DNA of 64,000 nucleotides, from positions 287 through 64,286 of the IMG/VR virus record IMGVR_UViG_3300037067_015318; one strand, given 5' to 3'. This DNA comes from a virus. Lineage: Duplodnaviria > Caudoviricetes. The notes under the pieces are model-generated. The model searched no databases, was not told the DNA's origin, and was given only the letters and a program-made list of their open reading frames with translations. Below, piece after piece: positions 39,499 through 48,933 of the stretch. Each line of letters starts with the position of its first letter. Within the stretch, counting starts at the first letter, position 1. The position numbers and the translations under genes are program-made.

Positions 39499-39910
39499 TA
39501 CTTCTGAACTCACCATATTGATGGAGAAGATTCATAGAAAGGAAGAATTCATTTCTCAACAACAGAGAGAACTAGAATCGTTGAGGGAGACTGCCAAGAA
39601 TATTCCCTTCAAGGACCAGATGGAACGGTCGTATGAGGCGTTTCGGGGGAGACTCTGCCTCTTTTGGGATACGTGGACTACTCCGCCCCATGGACAAGGT
39701 ACGAGGGTTCCTGCGGGAGGGATCATTCGGTTTTTCTCACGAGCAGAATATCGGAATGGAATTCTTCGGTACTATGCATCTGATATCTGCACAGGTTCTG
39801 AGGTCATGCATGGGTGGAAGAATTTCCGTGTTATTAGGCGTGATGAAATCCTGCAAATGATAGATGTTCCTGGACGTAGGATAGCCCTGTATCCAGAGTT
39901 TGGTATCTAG
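39491..39910 (+). CDS. Hypothetical protein
   Basis: ORF with RBS. Confidence 0.5.
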   Translation: MSNTSELTILMEKIHRKEEFISQQQRELESLRETAKNIPFKDQMERSYEAFRGRLCLFWDTWTTPPHGQGTRVPAGGIIRFFSRAEYRNGILRYYASDICTGSEVMHGWKNFRVIRRDEILQMIDVPGRRIALYPEFGI

Positions 39911-39930
39911 TTTATTGAGGGAGGACGTAC

Positions 39931-40635
39931 GTGGGTGAGCACAGTGATTTCACAAGGAAGTATCAGGTGCCAGATGTGCCTGAGGGGCAATCAGGAGACT
40001 GGTTTATCAAACGGTTTGAAGTCTCCCTCAGTGACGCGGTATGGGATAGGATTCGGTCGAATGGTGTAAGGTATACACCTGAGGGGAAGTATACAGGACT
40101 ATATCGAAAGGACCCTGATTTCAATTCTAGGGTAGTAGTCATGTCAGATACTCCTGACGAAATCTACGATCATGCAGCTCCTATACAGAATGCAACGGGA
40201 AATGTTCTCATTGTAGGCTTGGGACTGGGAATGTTACTGAATGCTCTTGCTATGAAGCCGGACATTACGCATATCACGGTGATAGAGAAGTCTCCCGATG
40301 TGTTAACATTGGTCAGGGAGCACTATCAGAAGAAGTATGATACTAGAATCGAGTTTATTCAGGCGGACATATTCGAATGGGATCCTCCTCCGGGTGTACA
40401 TTGGAACTACATCTGGTTCGATATCTGGGACACCATAAGTAGTGAGAACTTACTCCAGATGTCACAATTGCACAAGAAGTTCAAGAAATTCACTGAGCAA
40501 GATGCTTTCTGGTGTCAGAAGTTGTGTCAGCGTCAGGCTAGGAAAGAGATAAAGGAAATGAAATTGCGTTCCATGCGCAAGCTGGTGCGTGACGGTAGGC
40601 GTATATCTCTTGATGACGACGGTGTCGCTTTGTAA
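39931..40635 (+). CDS. Class I SAM-dependent methyltransferase (spermidine-synthase-like)
   Basis: VLIVGLGLG, VIEKSPDV, ADIF and WFDIW motifs. Confidence 0.75.
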   Translation: MGEHSDFTRKYQVPDVPEGQSGDWFIKRFEVSLSDAVWDRIRSNGVRYTPEGKYTGLYRKDPDFNSRVVVMSDTPDEIYDHAAPIQNATGNVLIVGLGLGMLLNALAMKPDITHITVIEKSPDVLTLVREHYQKKYDTRIEFIQADIFEWDPPPGVHWNYIWFDIWDTISSENLLQMSQLHKKFKKFTEQDAFWCQKLCQRQARKEIKEMKLRSMRKLVRDGRRISLDDDGVAL

Positions 40636-40639
40636 TTGT

Positions 40640-40672
40640 TTTTTCAAGTATCCTGTGTTGAGCACAATAATA
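40640..40672 (+). promoter_or_regulatory. Candidate phage-specific promoter, copy 1
   Basis: TTTTTCAA-N17-CAATAATA, also at 52918 and 63908. Confidence 0.6.
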
Positions 40673-40715
40673 ATATGTGGGGGTACTTTTCATCCCATAA
40701 AAGGAAGGGAGGACA

Positions 40716-42323
40716 ATGGAGGTATCACTCTATCGAAAGATACTGAATGATGGCAATTTCATTGGAGTACGAAGGGAGTTCATAAAAACATTAGGCCCCT
40801 CCTACGCCATATTGCTATCGGAGTTGATCAAAAAAGAGAATGATCTAGCTTCGTCACACATGTTGTCCGACGAGGGTTTCTTTTATTTTCTATCCATGGA
40901 CATTCAAGAAGACATAGGCTATTCGAGTGATAAGATCTCGTCCCATATAAAGAGTTTCGAAACTATGGGCATCCTGGAAACGGTGCGTCGAGGACAACCA
41001 CCCAGAAATTGGTACAAGTTAGACTACAATAGAATCATCCAACTCATCACCGCTTGCGAACAGGAAGATGAGGAAATCAGACAGGAATTAGCCGGTGACA
41101 ACTCGGTAGCATGGGTTTCCTGGAATACAGCTCACCCAGAAGATCCAATCTACCCTGGAAGTGGATATTGTATACATCATATAGACTTCGATCGAGATAA
41201 CAATAATGTTACGAACTTGCAAAAGCTAACCCTTTCGGAACACTTACAAACGCATATCAGATTCCGGAAAAGTCGGGATTCTAATTCCGGAAAAGTCGGG
41301 ATTCTAATTCCGGAAAAGTCGGGATTGGTACTACGTAATAAGAGTATAAATGATAAGAGCATACGTAATAAGAGTGATCTACATAGTAGATCATGTAACG
41401 ACGAAGCGTTACCAACTTCTGGAAATAATCATTCTGCATTGAAAAAAGAAATAAGAGAGCTTATTCTGGAAATATTGCCCATGGGAGGTTTTACAAACAA
41501 GCCACCAAAAGAAGATAAACCTGTCTCACAGTTGTATCTGGATGTACAAAAGTTCCTTACGCTACTTCCGAACCCAAAGGCTTTCGCACGCTTGTATGTT
41601 TTCGATGAAGATTGGTTACGTCGTGAGGGCATCTCACTGGAGTACTTTTCGGGTCGCGCGGTTGAACCCTTAGTTAGGAGGGCTGTTCGTCGTTACGCCC
41701 TGATGCGGAAGGAGGGGTATGAGCCGGAAAAGAAGAGTGTTCTTACTACGTATGTACAGGATTTCTTCTACAACCGCGCGCAGAACAAGAGCTGGTTCCT
41801 CTATTGCTGTTTCCACGAACCTGTCACGGTCAGTGGGAGTAAGGATTCAACGATGCCTGAAGATAGTCGGATGATATTTCTTAAGTACAAACCGAAAGAG
41901 TGGTCTGAAAAAGGATACCTTCAGAGAGCTATCAAGCTATTGAAGTGGTATCAAACGTCATACCAAGATCTTCAAACGTATAACTTCTATGTTACCGATG
42001 CTACAACGTTTTGGCAGACTCGGTTCTCGACGCTTGAGCTCTTCTTAGGAGTTATAGAGGAATATTCACGAACATGGAAAGACTGGAACCTTGGTAATTT
42101 CGGGATAGAGAACGGAACGTGGATCCATTTCGTCAAGTGGTGCAGAGAGACATTTGGTGTTGAGCTTACTCCGTCTCAAGAGGGGATTGTACAGGCCAAT
42201 AGTAAGAAGTTACAGGAAGCCACCAGAAGGAAAGAGAGTGTTGTTGTTCCTGATCCCATCTTGTCACAAGGAGCGGAGAGACTTCGTGAGGAGTTATTGA
42301 GTAGTGTTGAGGAGGATACATAA
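40716..42323 (+). CDS. Replication initiator (N-terminal wHTH) with internal HNH-like segment
   Basis: GFFY...DIGYS...RRGQPPRNWYKLD; IHHIDFDRDNNNVTNLQKLTLSEH; internal iterons. Confidence 0.7.
   Translation: MEVSLYRKILNDGNFIGVRREFIKTLGPSYAILLSELIKKENDLASSHMLSDEGFFYFLSMDIQEDIGYSSDKISSHIKSFETMGILETVRRGQPPRNWYKLDYNRIIQLITACEQEDEEIRQELAGDNSVAWVSWNTAHPEDPIYPGSGYCIHHIDFDRDNNNVTNLQKLTLSEHLQTHIRFRKSRDSNSGKVGILIPEKSGLVLRNKSINDKSIRNKSDLHSRSCNDEALPTSGNNHSALKKEIRELILEILPMGGFTNKPPKEDKPVSQLYLDVQKFLTLLPNPKAFARLYVFDEDWLRREGISLEYFSGRAVEPLVRRAVRRYALMRKEGYEPEKKSVLTTYVQDFFYNRAQNKSWFLYCCFHEPVTVSGSKDSTMPEDSRMIFLKYKPKEWSEKGYLQRAIKLLKWYQTSYQDLQTYNFYVTDATTFWQTRFSTLELFLGVIEEYSRTWKDWNLGNFGIENGTWIHFVKWCRETFGVELTPSQEGIVQANSKKLQEATRRKESVVVPDPILSQGAERLREELLSSVEEDT
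41261..41326. repeat. 23-bp tandem iterons (2.9 copies); candidate replication origin
   Basis: ATTCCGGAAAAGTCGGGATTCTA repeated, followed by an AT-rich tract containing TACGTAATAAGAG twice. Confidence 0.75.
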
Positions 42324-43018
42324 TGGTAGTAGATGGGCTTGTAATTTCTAATGTCATCAGGGATCGGGCGATGAGGAGACTCCCCGTTAAGTGGCTTCGA
42401 GACTCCGGCATCCGTGAGGTGTACATGGCAGGTAACTGTCTGAATCGGGATATTCCTCGTGATATTGATCTATTTCCTGTTGACAAGGGTGTACGTACTC
42501 GTTTGGACTTGTGGAAATCCTATGAGGGACACGAACTTATCAGTACTACTCGGAATGCTATGACATTTAAGGTGGGAGAGCAGATCGTGCAGTTGTGTTT
42601 CTACCCCCAGCCAACTCTGAAGGCATTGGTCGATTCTTTTGATTTTGCACATATCCAGGTAGGCGTACACATACATATAGGGGACGTTGATGGTCTTAGT
42701 ATTGCAACTGTTTCCTCAGTTTACCATACTGAGGCCTGGGTCACAAGTCACGCCATGCAGACCACGTGGTATACAGGTTCGGAATACCCACTCTCAAGTC
42801 TTCTCCGGTCGATAAAGTATGCTAGCAGAGGCGACTTTGCTGGGAAATCCTACATCCCTTCAGCGATTAACATCTTGAAGGGCATCATCAAAAGAGGGTT
42901 CTCAGGATATGAGGACTTCAAGGACCAGTTAGATGCTGTGGATTTGGGGCTGATTGAGAAAGATCTGGAAGGGTGCAATATTTCTGAGTTGTTCGAGTTG
43001 CTGAGGAGGGATAAGTGA
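42323..43018 (+). CDS. Pol-beta superfamily nucleotidyltransferase-like protein
   Basis: MAGNC...RDIDLF and SFDF motifs. Confidence 0.6.
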   Translation: MVVDGLVISNVIRDRAMRRLPVKWLRDSGIREVYMAGNCLNRDIPRDIDLFPVDKGVRTRLDLWKSYEGHELISTTRNAMTFKVGEQIVQLCFYPQPTLKALVDSFDFAHIQVGVHIHIGDVDGLSIATVSSVYHTEAWVTSHAMQTTWYTGSEYPLSSLLRSIKYASRGDFAGKSYIPSAINILKGIIKRGFSGYEDFKDQLDAVDLGLIEKDLEGCNISELFELLRRDK

Positions 43019-44124
43019 GCGATCAACAGGAGAAGCTTATTGACGAAGAGTTCCTGAGCAGTGTCAGGGAACATCTGCTGAGTATGTACAAGAAGGATGG
43101 GCGTCTTCCTTCCATCCGGTTTGTAGCTGCTCACTTCGGAGTTTCTGAGTATCGTATGAACGAGGTTTTCCGGCTTCTTGTTCATGGTGGATTCCTTCGG
43201 AGGAATTACTCTCGGTATAAGATGTCAGAGAATACTACACCTGTCGATCCTGTTTTGGAGGAAGCTGTTGAAGCCCTCGTCGAAGAGGGTTCTCCTGATT
43301 CTATTCCACAAACTGAGACCCCTCGTGGTTCTGTGGACCCAAGAGAGGGTTGGTCTGTGTCTGTGATTCGGATAGTTCTGGGGTTTGTAGGTCTTGGAGC
43401 CATAGGGATGTCTGTTTATTATACATCCATCTGGTTCTTTGAATACCTCCCTCCCAGTCTGGCAATACTTCTTTCGACAATTATGGTTACATTTTCCACA
43501 ATGGCATTCGAGGTTGTATTGCATCTGGTGGAGATGCGGAGGAGAATTCTTGCTGCTGGGTTCCTTATCCTCTTTGTTATGGTACTACTGTTCTCTATGA
43601 TGTCTACGGTGGCAGGACAGTACAACAAACAGGTGGAGGTCCGGAGAGAGCTGATAGAGGAGACTTCACAGGGGGCTTACTCGAAGGTTGCATATGAAGC
43701 ATTACTCGACCAAGAGAGAAGGATAGAAGATCAGATTCGTAATCAGGACAGCCTCCGTTCTGTCCACCAAAAACTATTTGAGTCGTATGATGCCATTGGG
43801 AAGGTTATTGACCCCGAAGGGTTTGCAGATGCTCAGGAGCAGTTGAACAAGATCGATAATACGATAGCTCAGTTGCTGCAGCAGTTGTCGGTGAAACAGT
43901 CGGAGCGTACCACGTTTCTTTCCAAGGCTGGAGTAGTAGGTGTAACTCCTGATTCTAGTATCGAGGCGCCTTCCTTCTATGTCTGGGTAGCGAGTTTGGT
44001 AGGAAGGGAAGATCGTGTGGACTTAGTACAATTCTGGATTTCCGTCTTCCCTGCTGTCTTCATAGATCTTATTGCTCCATTTTCGTTAGCCTTCGCATTG
44101 TTCAAACAGAAAAGGAGGAAGTAA
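43015..44124 (+). CDS. Membrane protein with N-terminal HTH-like region and coiled coil
   Basis: PSIRFVAAHFGVS; three TMs, coiled coil, C-terminal TM. Confidence 0.55.
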   Translation: MSDQQEKLIDEEFLSSVREHLLSMYKKDGRLPSIRFVAAHFGVSEYRMNEVFRLLVHGGFLRRNYSRYKMSENTTPVDPVLEEAVEALVEEGSPDSIPQTETPRGSVDPREGWSVSVIRIVLGFVGLGAIGMSVYYTSIWFFEYLPPSLAILLSTIMVTFSTMAFEVVLHLVEMRRRILAAGFLILFVMVLLFSMMSTVAGQYNKQVEVRRELIEETSQGAYSKVAYEALLDQERRIEDQIRNQDSLRSVHQKLFESYDAIGKVIDPEGFADAQEQLNKIDNTIAQLLQQLSVKQSERTTFLSKAGVVGVTPDSSIEAPSFYVWVASLVGREDRVDLVQFWISVFPAVFIDLIAPFSLAFALFKQKRRK

Positions 44125-44138
44125 TGTTAAGAAACTGC

Positions 44139-44167
44139 TTGACTTTTTTGGTAGCAGGCGGTATCAT
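44139..44167 (+). promoter_or_regulatory. Sigma70-type promoter
   Basis: TTGACT-N17-TATCAT. Confidence 0.65.
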
Positions 44168-44184
44168 ACTTGTGGGGGGACACT

Positions 44185-45399
44185 GTGTTTGAGAGGCTTA
44201 CACTCAAAAACTATCAATCACATGAATGTACCACAATCGAGTTCCATCCAGGAATAAACGTAATCACAGGACCCAGTGACAATGGGAAGTCAGCGATTCT
44301 CCGTGGGTTGGAATGGCCGGTCAGGAACAAGCCTGACGGTATTGGATTTGCTTCACACTGGGCCGTCAATTCCAAGGGAGTATTGCTTGCATCAGTTGAG
44401 TCCGTCCTTGAATTTGATGGTGGGAGAAGTGTTGTACGTCGTAGAGCGAAGGATTCCAATCAATATGTGGTTGATGGTATTGTATTGGATGCTGTTGGTA
44501 GAGATGTACCTCCTGAGGTCCTTTCTTCTTTGGACGTGACAGAGGTGAATATCCAGGATCAACTCGATCCTCATTTTCTCTTATCTGATTCAGCCGGTGA
44601 GGTTGCACGGATATTGAATCGCACAATCCGGTTGGATGATATCGATAAGCTTCTTTCTCTAGTGGAGCAAAAGAAACGTGCGACGAGGACTTCCCTAGAG
44701 AATGCTACGCTTAATATCGCTCGTTTGGAGGAATCAGTACAATCACTTGACTGGATAGACAATATCGAGTTCCTGTTGTCAAAGTGTGCAGTTCTGTCTG
44801 GCACAATTCAAGAATGTGATGAAGCTATAACTACGTTGGAAGATTCGTTACAAGAATATGAACGGTTAGAAGGTGTGTCCTTACGTTCCAATGTCACTTT
44901 TGTAGAGCCTTTCATACAAGAATCAGAGGCACTTGGACGTAGTTTGTCAGGTGTGGAGGATCATATCACGGCCTTACAGGTGTCCCTGAGTAAGTACCAG
45001 GATGCTTGTGCTATTATTGTTGCACTAGAAGGGATCGCTGATTGGGAAAAGTGGATTGATTGTGCCCGGGATCTTAATTCTGAGAAGCGTAGTTGTGATC
45101 AGGATATCAATACACTATCGACGACACTAAATGATTTTAGGGAGTATGAGCGGATCTGTTCTGACACCGATGGCATTGCTACAATATTCCCGCTTCTTAC
45201 TGAAATTGATGCTATGTCCAAGGATCTTCTGGATATCAATAAGTCTTCTGAGAGCCTCCGTAGTTCATTACATTCCTACCAACAGTTAGATGATGAGATT
45301 CTGAGGATTGTCCCTGAGATACAGGAGCTTGTGGACTCTCTTCCTGAGGATTGCCCCCTGTGTGGGACTCCTGGAGCACTGAGAGGGAGGGCTCAATGA
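44185..45399 (+). CDS. SbcC/Rad50-like ATPase, N-terminal half
   Basis: LKNYQSH, GPSDNGKS Walker A, Q-loop, ends at a CPLCG zinc hook. Confidence 0.8.
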   Translation: MFERLTLKNYQSHECTTIEFHPGINVITGPSDNGKSAILRGLEWPVRNKPDGIGFASHWAVNSKGVLLASVESVLEFDGGRSVVRRRAKDSNQYVVDGIVLDAVGRDVPPEVLSSLDVTEVNIQDQLDPHFLLSDSAGEVARILNRTIRLDDIDKLLSLVEQKKRATRTSLENATLNIARLEESVQSLDWIDNIEFLLSKCAVLSGTIQECDEAITTLEDSLQEYERLEGVSLRSNVTFVEPFIQESEALGRSLSGVEDHITALQVSLSKYQDACAIIVALEGIADWEKWIDCARDLNSEKRSCDQDINTLSTTLNDFREYERICSDTDGIATIFPLLTEIDAMSKDLLDINKSSESLRSSLHSYQQLDDEILRIVPEIQELVDSLPEDCPLCGTPGALRGRAQ

Positions 45400-46319
45400 A
45401 GTATGTTATTACTGCCGACTGGCATCTACGAGAGGATCGACCTGTTTGTAGGAATGATGTTGACTGGATTGAGACACAATCCGTTGCTGTTGCTTCCGTC
45501 TTTTCTTATGCCAAGGACGTGGGAGCTGAGGTCATCATCAATGGGGATATTTTCCATCGTCCTACAACTGCGCCCACGCTAGTGTCAATATTTCTATCAG
45601 CGGTACATCAGTTTGGTGCTCCCGTGTATATCCTGCCGGGGAACCATGACTTGCCTTATCACTCCTTCAATCATCTCAATAAATCTTCTTTTGGCATCCT
45701 ACGGGAGGTTATGGACATAGGGGGTACAAATCTTTTTGATTCCAGTAGAAAAGCTGCTGTGGTTGATTTTGGTCAGCTAGAGGATAAGGTTTATGGCACC
45801 AAGTCCGATTTGCTTTGTCTACATCAATTGGCGTTTCCATCCTTGAAAGATATGCCTCCGAATGAACAGGGGATATTGGCAGAGGACTTGTGTTATAGGT
45901 TCCCTGGTGTAAAGTGGATACTCGTAGGGGATAATCATAAACATTTCTGTTATCAAGGTGGTACGCAACGTGTTGTAAACCCTGGGTGCCTCCTGAGTCA
46001 GGCTTCTGATTTGATTGATTATGTTTCGGGGTTCTACCTGATTGACACGGCCTCTGACTCAGTGGAGTTTGTTCCTACTAAGGATATTGGTACAGTCTCG
46101 GAGGATCACGTCGTAAAGGAGAAGGATCGGGTAGGACGGATCGGTGCGTTTGTGGAAGCATTAGAGAAGAGCAAAGTACTAGGGTTGGATATTGTTCTGA
46201 ATCTTATGAGAGGGTTACCTGCATTAAGAATACCGACTGCAGATGTTGTTAAGGAGTTGATCAATGAGGTTCGTGGGCTGAATGAGGTTGGATATCCAAA
46301 GAATGACGATGAGCGGTAA
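45396..46319 (+). CDS. SbcD/Mre11-like nuclease
   Basis: TADWH, NGDIFH, PGNHD and GDNH metallophosphoesterase motifs. Confidence 0.85.
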   Translation: MKYVITADWHLREDRPVCRNDVDWIETQSVAVASVFSYAKDVGAEVIINGDIFHRPTTAPTLVSIFLSAVHQFGAPVYILPGNHDLPYHSFNHLNKSSFGILREVMDIGGTNLFDSSRKAAVVDFGQLEDKVYGTKSDLLCLHQLAFPSLKDMPPNEQGILAEDLCYRFPGVKWILVGDNHKHFCYQGGTQRVVNPGCLLSQASDLIDYVSGFYLIDTASDSVEFVPTKDIGTVSEDHVVKEKDRVGRIGAFVEALEKSKVLGLDIVLNLMRGLPALRIPTADVVKELINEVRGLNEVGYPKNDDER

Positions 46320-46331
46320 AGGAGTGTTGTT

Positions 46332-46577
46332 ATGCTTACTATCGAACAGATACCGGAAGTGAAGAGGAAGATCGGCGTTTTACAGGAACGGAGGGCAAGG
46401 GCCGAGGGAGGGAAGGAAACCATCCGAAAGCGGTGGAAGGATGAATTCAACTGCGATAGTGTAGAAGCCGCAAGGGAAGCAAAAGAACGGAAAGTGCAAG
46501 AAAGGGAGGAACTCCTGCGGCGCCTGACCGTTCTTTTAGAGAAGATTGAAAAAGCATATGATTGGGAGTCAGTATGA
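46332..46577 (+). CDS. Small coiled-coil protein
   Basis: ORF within the SbcCD cluster. Confidence 0.55.
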   Translation: MLTIEQIPEVKRKIGVLQERRARAEGGKETIRKRWKDEFNCDSVEAAREAKERKVQEREELLRRLTVLLEKIEKAYDWESV

Positions 46578-47206
46578 GCTCTTCTGCTACAGAGAAATTA
46601 GGGGCATACTTGAAGAAGTTAGAACAGCTGAAAGGGCGGCGGGCTCTTTTATCAAAGCAGTTAAGTGCATTGCAGACTGAACAAGTTTCATTGAAGAGTA
46701 ATCTTATTGCCATAGAGGAAGCTCAGGCGTATATCCAGAAGGTAGCAAAGGAAACACAGGAACAGTTACGGTACCATATCGAGGATGTTGTACAGTTGGC
46801 AATAGATTCGGTCTTCCCTGATGAGTACGAGTTTAAGGTGCGATTTGAGATAAAGCGTGGGAAGACTGAAGCACGTCTTTGTTTCCTGCGTAATGGTATC
46901 GAAATTGATCCCCTGACCTCAGCAGGTGGGGGTGTCTCTGATGTAGTCTCGTTTGCATTGCGCTTGGCAGTGTGGTCTTTGAGTAAGACGCGAAAGGTTG
47001 TTATCCTGGATGAGCCCTTTCGTTATCTCTCCAAGGACTTGCAGTCACGAGCTGGTGTGATGCTCCGGGAGTTGTCATTGAAGTTAGGCTTACAGATAAT
47101 AATGATAACTCATGAGGCTACGATGATGGAGATAGGTGATCGGCGGTTTGTCGTATCTTTAGTTCGTGATGGTGAATATCGGAAGTCAGTTGTAAAGGTG
47201 GTCTAA
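46574..47206 (+). CDS. SbcC/Rad50-like ATPase, C-terminal half
   Basis: SAGGG signature, ILDEPF Walker B, IITH H-loop. Confidence 0.8.
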   Translation: MSSSATEKLGAYLKKLEQLKGRRALLSKQLSALQTEQVSLKSNLIAIEEAQAYIQKVAKETQEQLRYHIEDVVQLAIDSVFPDEYEFKVRFEIKRGKTEARLCFLRNGIEIDPLTSAGGGVSDVVSFALRLAVWSLSKTRKVVILDEPFRYLSKDLQSRAGVMLRELSLKLGLQIIMITHEATMMEIGDRRFVVSLVRDGEYRKSVVKVV

Positions 47207-47208
47207 GC

Positions 47209-47751
47209 GTGGGAGTGAAAGAGCAGCTATCAGATAGTACAACTCGTATATTCGAGTCGTGTAAGGGCATTATTCGGAAAAAAGCATGGAGTGTTGTGAA
47301 GTCTCATTTCTTCTATGACTTCCAGCAATATTTCGACGAGCTGTACTCGAATGGATGTCTGGTTTTTTTGGAAGTTCTCAAAAAGTATGATCCTGAGAAA
47401 GGAAAGCTTTCCACGTATTTGACAAGCAGTCTCCAAAGTGTTTTCGATATATACTTGAGGGAGAATAAGGATATTTTACACGTTACGTATGATGACGAAT
47501 TGTTGGAATCCTCTCCTTGTTCGGGTTTTGCAAGGTTCTGTGAACTGTTAGAGTTCTATGATTGTACTCATACGGAATTATCGGAAGATGCACAGAATGT
47601 GTTGAGCCATATTATTTCCAATCCTCAGAAGAGGCATACGAAAAATTCTGTTACGTGCTTCTTCAGGGAGCATTGCAAATGGTCCATAAAACAAGTGGAG
47701 TGTGCATATGAAGAAGTAGAGCGATGGTGGAGAGGGGCTTCTATCGCATAG
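47209..47751 (+). CDS. Phage sigma70-family factor-like protein
   Basis: ELYSNGCLVFLEVLKKYDPEKGKLSTYL resembles sigma region 2. Confidence 0.65.
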   Translation: MGVKEQLSDSTTRIFESCKGIIRKKAWSVVKSHFFYDFQQYFDELYSNGCLVFLEVLKKYDPEKGKLSTYLTSSLQSVFDIYLRENKDILHVTYDDELLESSPCSGFARFCELLEFYDCTHTELSEDAQNVLSHIISNPQKRHTKNSVTCFFREHCKWSIKQVECAYEEVERWWRGASIA

Positions 47752-47761
47752 GAGGGAAGTA

Positions 47762-48145
47762 ATGTTTGATTTGTATGATTATCTTTCTCTATACCTTTCT
47801 GATTGGCAACGACTTTGGATTGGAAGTACATATATCCAGTCTCCTGAGCGATTCGAGAGGTTCAAAGAGTTGTGTGTTGCTACTAAGAATGTGACAATCA
47901 CACCGAATGCAGTAATGGTGTCTAAGTACTTACTGGATGTACACGAGATTGTTTGTTTTCCTCATATTGTTATCACCCGATCTCAGGAGAAGGGTGTTGG
48001 GAAGTGGGAGTTACGAACATTGCATGGTGACACGCATATTAGGTCTTCTGTCCCTCTCACCACTGTTGTTGAGAGGATTCATTCAGGTATGTCAATTACA
48101 GTGACACCCCATCTCGATAATTGTTTCTATGAGATTACGCTGTAA
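47762..48145 (+). CDS. Hypothetical protein
   Basis: ORF with RBS. Confidence 0.5.
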   Translation: MFDLYDYLSLYLSDWQRLWIGSTYIQSPERFERFKELCVATKNVTITPNAVMVSKYLLDVHEIVCFPHIVITRSQEKGVGKWELRTLHGDTHIRSSVPLTTVVERIHSGMSITVTPHLDNCFYEITL

Positions 48146-48162
48146 AGGAGGGAACGTATAGT

Positions 48163-48933
48163 ATGACTTCCCGAGATGTACTCAGTTTGTTGAAAAGGAA
48201 ACATGTTGCTGACTTATTTGTACCTGAATGCAAGAGCGGTCCTACACTCGGAACGACTCATGTAAGATTGGATGCATGGGTGATGCCCCGTTCGTGGCAA
48301 CATCGCAGATGTACTGGGTATGAGATCAAAGTATCCCGATCGGATTTCCTTGGGGATAATAAGATGCGAGAGTATTTGTCTCTCTGTAATAGTTTCTATG
48401 TGGTAGCTCCTGCTGGTGTAGTACTGGATCCATCGGAGCTGATTCCCGAGGCGGGACTCTTACAAGTGTCCTCTGGTGGGAATCGTCTTATTACAAAGAA
48501 GAAAGCCCCCTGTCGAGAGATACCGGACCCTGTGGATCTTTATCTTTATGTTCTTATTTCGAGGACACGGGTTGTTAACAATTCTTTCCAGATTGACATA
48601 GAACCCCCCGAGTTTTGGAGTAGGTGGATTGAGAGTAAAGAGATCAACCGGGAGCTTGGTTCTCGTGTAAGTTCGGCCATTACAAAACGTGTCATTTCAG
48701 AAATAGAGGAATTGCGTGGCACAAATGCCAAGCTAGAAAGGAGGATCCAAGACTTCCAGAAGGTTGAGGAGAAGATTGTGGCCTTGGGTCTCGATCCTCA
48801 AGTTGATGCGTGGAGTTTGCTACGTCAGCTTGATCAACGCAAGAATGGTGATATTGTACATACACGGAATTGCATCAAAACGGCTATCAGCTCTCTCCAA
48901 GAGATATCCAAGATGATAGAGAGTGGGATATGA
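48163..48933 (+). CDS. MmcB-like PD-(D/E)xK nuclease-fold protein
   Basis: GYEIKVSRSDF...CNSFYVVAP motif. Confidence 0.7.
   Translation: MTSRDVLSLLKRKHVADLFVPECKSGPTLGTTHVRLDAWVMPRSWQHRRCTGYEIKVSRSDFLGDNKMREYLSLCNSFYVVAPAGVVLDPSELIPEAGLLQVSSGGNRLITKKKAPCREIPDPVDLYLYVLISRTRVVNNSFQIDIEPPEFWSRWIESKEINRELGSRVSSAITKRVISEIEELRGTNAKLERRIQDFQKVEEKIVALGLDPQVDAWSLLRQLDQRKNGDIVHTRNCIKTAISSLQEISKMIESGI

Noticed and set aside
41090-41260. HNH segment of the initiator as an intein
   Set aside because: No N-terminal C/S block or terminal HN plus nucleophile flanks it
41261-41326. Mini CRISPR array
   Set aside because: The repeats are contiguous with no spacers, and there are no cas genes
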